In this document: piece after piece, positions 58,601 through 64,000 of the stretch
How the letters are laid out: each line of letters begins with the position of its first letter
How positions within the stretch are numbered: the stretch's first letter is position 1
Assembly: GCA_051294375.1 (NCBI GenBank)
Contig: CM119263.1
Span: forward strand, 4,110,161 to 4,174,160
Source: Paraspadella gotoi
Taxonomy: Eukaryota > Animalia > Chaetognatha
Direction: 5' to 3'
Length of the DNA stretch: 64,000 nt
The notes under the pieces: model-generated
What the model saw: only the letters and a program-made list of their open reading frames with translations
Databases searched by the model: none
What the model was told of the DNA's origin: nothing
Position numbers and translations under genes: made by a program

Positions 58601-61600
58601 NNNNNNNNNNNNNNNNNNNNNNNNNNNNNNNNNNNNNNNNNNNNNNNNNNNNNNNNNNNNNNNNNNNNNNNNNNNNNNNNNNNNNNNNNNNNNNNNNNNN
58701 NNNNNNNNNNNNNNNNNNNNNNNNNNNNNNNNNNNNNNNNNNNNNNNNNNNNNNNNGAGAAAGAGAGAGGAAAAGAGCGCCATTAAAAGGTCTCTAAGTC
58801 GTCGTTTCGGTCGGACAAATAGAGAAGGAGGAAAGGAAAGAAGAAGGAAAAAAGAAAAAAAAAGAAATAAAGAATTTTGGTCGCCGAGGAAATGAGGAAA
58901 GAAAAAAGGAAAAAAGGAAAGAAGTCGATGAAAGATGAGAGGAAGAAAAAATTAAAAGATGGAGACGATAGAAAATATTAGCGGAGTCAAAAATTGTTGC
59001 CAAACAAAATCTGGAGAGCAGGATAAATGTTGTCGTAAGTTAATAAAGAAAATATTTATCTTCCTTTTTTTTTCAACGGTGAAGATTATGTTTGATTGGG
59101 TTTTATTTTTAATGGCGCCGCGAGTACTCTTCGGTCGGTCGGTCTGTCGGTCGGGATATTGGTTTGGATGTCTGTCTGTCTGTCTGCTCTACTCACATTA
59201 AAAATGCTCAAAACTCGGGTAATACTTCATCTATTTAATTCACATGTGGTATGAAAGTTAGGTACCACAAGACCTTTAACGTGCATGTGTAACATACTTA
59301 TGAAGTTCTTAATTATAATGATATGTAAAAAAAATTTAAGAAAGCAATACATATTTAATAAAATAATATAGATTAAATAGTAAATCCTTCATAAAATTTA
59401 AAAATAGAAAATAGTGAAACAAGTAATTTGCAAATTTTCATACTTATGAAGTCACGTGATCATCATTGAAAGCAAACATGTGACTCAAAATTTAATGCGA
59501 CTTAAATTTATTGTCTCTTTTATTATTTTTGCTGGAAACGGGAAGAACCTAAAAATCTAAGAGAATACGAGCACTACCCTTTGTTTATAAATAAATTCAA
59601 AATTTCCAATGGAGTTCATAGTAATAATACTTGATCACCCAAAAATAAATATAAAAGAAAGACAATGTGTCTCAATACATTGGAATTACCGTTCTTGTTT
59701 TTATTTTTGTTTTCATTTTATTTTTTCAATTCAAGAAAATTAATCTTTTTTTAGAAAACTATTTTCTTTTTCAAAGATAGTTTTTAAAAGGAGTCCCGGC
59801 CATTTTTTTCTCCTTTGCGTATGAAATCAATCAAATGGAACCAAACGAGTTTGTACTAAACATACATTTAAACTAACAAGTAACAACCAACAGCCTTCTC
59901 AACCGAAGTCAAGAAAAACAAAGAAAACCTTTTTTTTCTATTTTGTTTCTGCATAAATTTTTTTCCAAACNNNNNNNNNNNNNNNNNNNNNNNNNNNNNN
60001 NNNNNNNNNNNNNNNNNNNNNNNNNNNNNNNNNNNNNNNNNNNNNNNNNNNNNNNNNNNNNNNNNNNNNNNNNNNNNNNNNNNNNNNNNNNNNNNNNNNN
60101 NNNNNNNNNNNNNNNNNNNNNNNNNNNNNNNNNNNNNNNNNNNNNNNNNNNNNNNNNNNNNNNNNNNNNNNNNNNNNNNNNNNNNNNNNNNNNNNNNNNN
60201 NNNNNNNNNNNNNNNNNNNNNNNNNNNCTATGTAGAACAAAAAATATAAAAAACAGCAAAACAAAAGAAAATAAAAAGAAAAGAAAAAAAAGGAAAGACA
60301 TAAGAGATAAGAAAATAAAATAAGGTCAAAGGTCAAGGAAAATAAAGCAAAACATAAAGAAAGGCGAAGGAGGGAAAACAAGTTGACGAGGTAAAGAAAA
60401 GAAGGAAAAGAGAAAAAAAAATAAAAAGGCAAAGTAGGAAGGGAAAAGAAAAAAAAAGGAAAAGATAAAAGGAGGAAAGAATTAAGAAAGAAGGAAAGGA
60501 AAAAAAAATAAAAAAGAGAAAGAAAAGAAATAAGTATTAAGGAAACAAAAAATAGAAAATGAAATGAAATAGAATAGAAAATGAAAAAAAAGTCCTATTT
60601 TTCTATCATTTCCCTTTTCAAGTAAAAAAAGAAAATATTCGTGCCTCTAAAAAAAAAAAAGATNNNNNNNNNNNNNNNNNNNNNNNNNNNNNNNNNNNNN
60701 NNNNNNNNNNNNNNNNNNNNNNNNNNNNNNNNNNNNNNNNNNNNNNNNNNNNNNNNNNNNNNNNNNNNNNNNNNNNNNNNNNNNNNNNNNNNNNNNNNNN
60801 NNNNNNNNNNNNNNNNNNNNNNNNNNNNNNNNNNNNNNNNNNNNNNNNNNNNNNNNNNNNNNNNNNNNNNNNNNNNNNNNNNNNNNNNNNNNNNNNNNNN
60901 NNNNNNNNNNNNNNNNNNNNNNNNNNNNNNNNNNNNNNNNNNNNNNNNNNNNNNNNNNNNNNNNNNNNNNNNNNNNNNNNNNNNNNNNNNNNNNNNNNNN
61001 NNNNNNNNNNNNNNNNNNNNNNNNNNNNNNNNNNNNNNNNNNNNNNNNNNNNNNNNNNNNNNNNNNNNNNNNNNNNNNNNNNNNNNNNNNNNNNNNNNNN
61101 NNNNNNNNNNNNNNNNNNNNNNNNNNNNNNNNNNNNNNNNNNNNNNNNNNNNNNNNNNNNNNNNNNNNNNNNNNNNNNNNNNNNNNNNNNNNNNNNNNNN
61201 NNNNNNNNNNNNNNNNNNNNNNNNNNNNNNNNNNNNNNNNNNNNNNNNNNNNNNNNNNNNNNNNNNNNNNNNNNNNNNNNNNNNNNNNNNNNNNNNNNNN
61301 NNNNNNNNNNNNNNNNNNNNNNNNNNNNNNNNNNNNNNNNNNNNNNNNNNNNNNNNNNNNNNNNNNNNNNNNNNNNNNNNNNNNNNNNNNNNNNNNNNNN
61401 NNNNNNNNNNNNNNNNNNNNNNNNNNNNNNNNNNNNNNNNNNNNNNNNNNNNNNNNNNNNNNNNNNNNNNNNNNNNNNNNNNNNNNNNNNNNNNNNNNNN
61501 NNNNNNNNNNNNNNNNNNNNNNNNTGAAAAGACCACTCCCTTAAGTATTAGATCGTATTAGATTTAATATAAGATATATATACTTTTAAAAAGATTTCGT

Positions 61601-63784
61601 GGAACTAAAAGACTTAAGTNNNNNNNNNNNNNNNNNNNNNNNNNNNNNNNNNNNNNNNNNNNNNNNNNNNNNNNNNNNNNNNNNNNNNNNNNNNNNNNNN
61701 NNNNNNNNNNNNNNNNNNNNNNNNNNNNNNNNNNNNNNNNNNNNNNNNNNNNNNNNNNNNNNNNTTGTAATATTATCCTCTTCTCTTCTTTCCGTTTTAC
61801 CGCATAATATTAGATATAATACAGCTAAAGAAAAAAACTTGTCAGTTTGTATTTATATAAATTTAAGATCTTCTGCTCAATATAATTTTTTCAAATTGTG
61901 TATCAAAAAAAAAAAAGTTGAAGAGCAACGATAAATATTTATCGCCGTTGAAAGTGAATTAAATTTAAACAGTGAAAAAAAAGAGAGAAAATTAGAAGTC
62001 GACTTACGATTCGTGAAAAGAAAGTAAATTAAATTCTAAAAGAAAAATGAATTGAGTTAAGGTGATGGAGTAAGTTGAAGGGGTGAGAATGTAAGATTAG
62101 TAAGTGATGGACCTGCGATGTGTGAGTGAGGAGAGGTGAATAGTGAATGCGATATATGTTGAGAAAAGGCAGATGATGTATTAAGTGATGTAGTAGGTGA
62201 TGTAGTAAGCTAAGACCCGATGATGGGATTCTAGGCGAATCATGTGGCGACAAAAGAAAAAAGGAAGAAAAGAAAAGAGAAAAAAAATCAGTAGATTTTA
62301 TGCAGACGGATTTTTCTCTCCTTTCTTTTAATTTTTCTTTTCTTTCTTTTTCATCTTTTTTCTGTCAGGTTTATGGTAAAAAAAGNNNNNNNNNNTCTCT
62401 CTCTTGCTCGCGCATTCTCTCTTTCGCCCACTCTCTCTCTATCTCTCCGAGGGACTATCGCCAGAGGTTAGCCAATATTCTTTTCTTCGACCTTCCATTC
62501 TTTCTCCTCCAAATATCTTTCTCGTCTCTCCTTCAGCGCTCAACTTTTTTTCTTTCACATTTTTAGTTTCCTTTTTTTTTCTTTTTCCATCATAACAACA
62601 TCTTCCTCCTCCATCATTTTTCTTCCTCCTCCATCATTTTTTTCCCTCCTCCTTCATTTTTCTCTCTCCAATTTCCATTTACTCCATTTTTCTTTTTTCT
62701 TTTCTCATTTGAATATCGAATATCTTCTCGTCTTTCTCCATCATTTTATCGACCTCGTTATTTCTACATCAAACCCTCTCCATCTATTTTGATCTTTTAC
62801 CATCTTTCTACATACATCTGGCGAAAATCTGACTCGACGGGATTTTATGAAGAACTGAAAACAAGTTTGATGTTGCTGTTGAATATCTGACTGTAAACGT
62901 TCTGGTNNNNNNNNNNNNNNNNNNNNNNNNNNNNNNNNNNNNNNNNNNNNNNNNNNNNNNNNNNNNNNNNNNNNNNNNNNNNNNNNNNNNNNNNNNNNNN
63001 NNNNNNNNNNNNNNNNNNNNNNNNNNNNNNNNNNNNNNNNNNNNNNNNNNNNNNNNNNNNNNNNNNNNNNNNNNNNNNNNNNNNNNNNNNNNNNNNNNNN
63101 NNNNNNNNNNNNNNNNNNNNNNNNNNNNNNNNNNNNNNNNNNNNNNNNNNNNNNNNNNNNNNNNNNNNNNNNNNNNNNNNNNNNNNNNNNNNNNNNNNNN
63201 NNNNNNNNNNNNNNNNNNNNNNNNNNNNNNNNNNNNNNNNNNNNNNNNNNNNNNNNNNNNNNNNNNNNNNNNNNNNNNNNNNNNNNNNNNNNNNNNNNNN
63301 NNNNNNNNNNNNNNNNNNNNNNNNNNNNNNNNNNNNNNNNNNNNNNNNNNNNNNNNNNNNNNNNNNNNNNNNNNNNNNNNNNNNNNNNNNNNNNNNNNNN
63401 NNNNNNNNNNNNNNNNNNNNNNNNNNNNNNNNNNNNNNNNNNNNNNNNNNNNNNNNNNNNNNNNNNNNNNNNNNNNNNNNNCGTCATCGTCGTCGTTGTC
63501 ATCGTTTTCGTCATCATCGTTACTGTCTTTGTCATCATCTTCGTCGTCGTCGAAAATTATCGTCTCGTCATCGCGTCGTCGTTACTCATTCTGTCGTCAC
63601 CACCATCGATTTTGACGTATCTCTTTTCTCGTCGTCGCCTATTCATCGCCTGTCATTATCTTCGTTATCATCTATGCGCATCATCGTCTACGTCGCCTGT
63701 CGTCGTCGTCACCCTGAGCCGCTCATTTGCAAAGTCCGTCAATAACGAACCACCCTGCCTGCCACTGGGACCATCTCTCTCTCC

Positions 63785-63829
<45 letters not shown>

Positions 63830-64000
63830 TCTCTCTCTTCTCTCTCTTCTCTCTCTCTCTCTCCTCTTCCCTCTCTCTATAAAATATGACATAGTTGGAC
63901 AAAAATTTTTAAATGAATTTAAAAAAATAATAATAATAATAAGTAATGATAAAAAATAAAAGTTGTGGAATAAAAACAAAGCATATAGTATATATAACTT

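Overview
Eukaryotic (metazoan-like, intron-rich, microsatellite-rich) draft genomic DNA with many N gaps and indel-rich stretches that look like long-read gap fills. Most ORFs in the supplied track are simple-repeat or gap artefacts. Features recovered by hand translation: (1) a BEL/Pao LTR retrotransposon (~4686-11540, +) with ~750-bp LTRs, gag, RNase H and integrase motifs, with protease/RT missing at a 25-N gap; (2) a frameshifted, multi-exon SRPK/CLK-like kinase (+, ~16.8-20.8 kb); (3) a divergent TRPC-like channel gene of about 12 exons (-, 26914-33887) with a Cys-rich pore-loop insertion and one intron that coincides with a TTAA-flanked inverted-repeat element; (4) a 5-exon DNAJC22/wurst gene (+, 39328-51493) whose ~10-kb intron 2 holds a LINE RT fragment, an XK-related-like gene relic and an intact, intronless 572-aa multi-TM ORF; (5) a collagen-like repeat relic, a (TTAAGGG)n tract, HINE/DINE-like repeats and a candidate structured RNA downstream of DNAJC22. 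All family calls come from motifs read by eye; no database searches were run.
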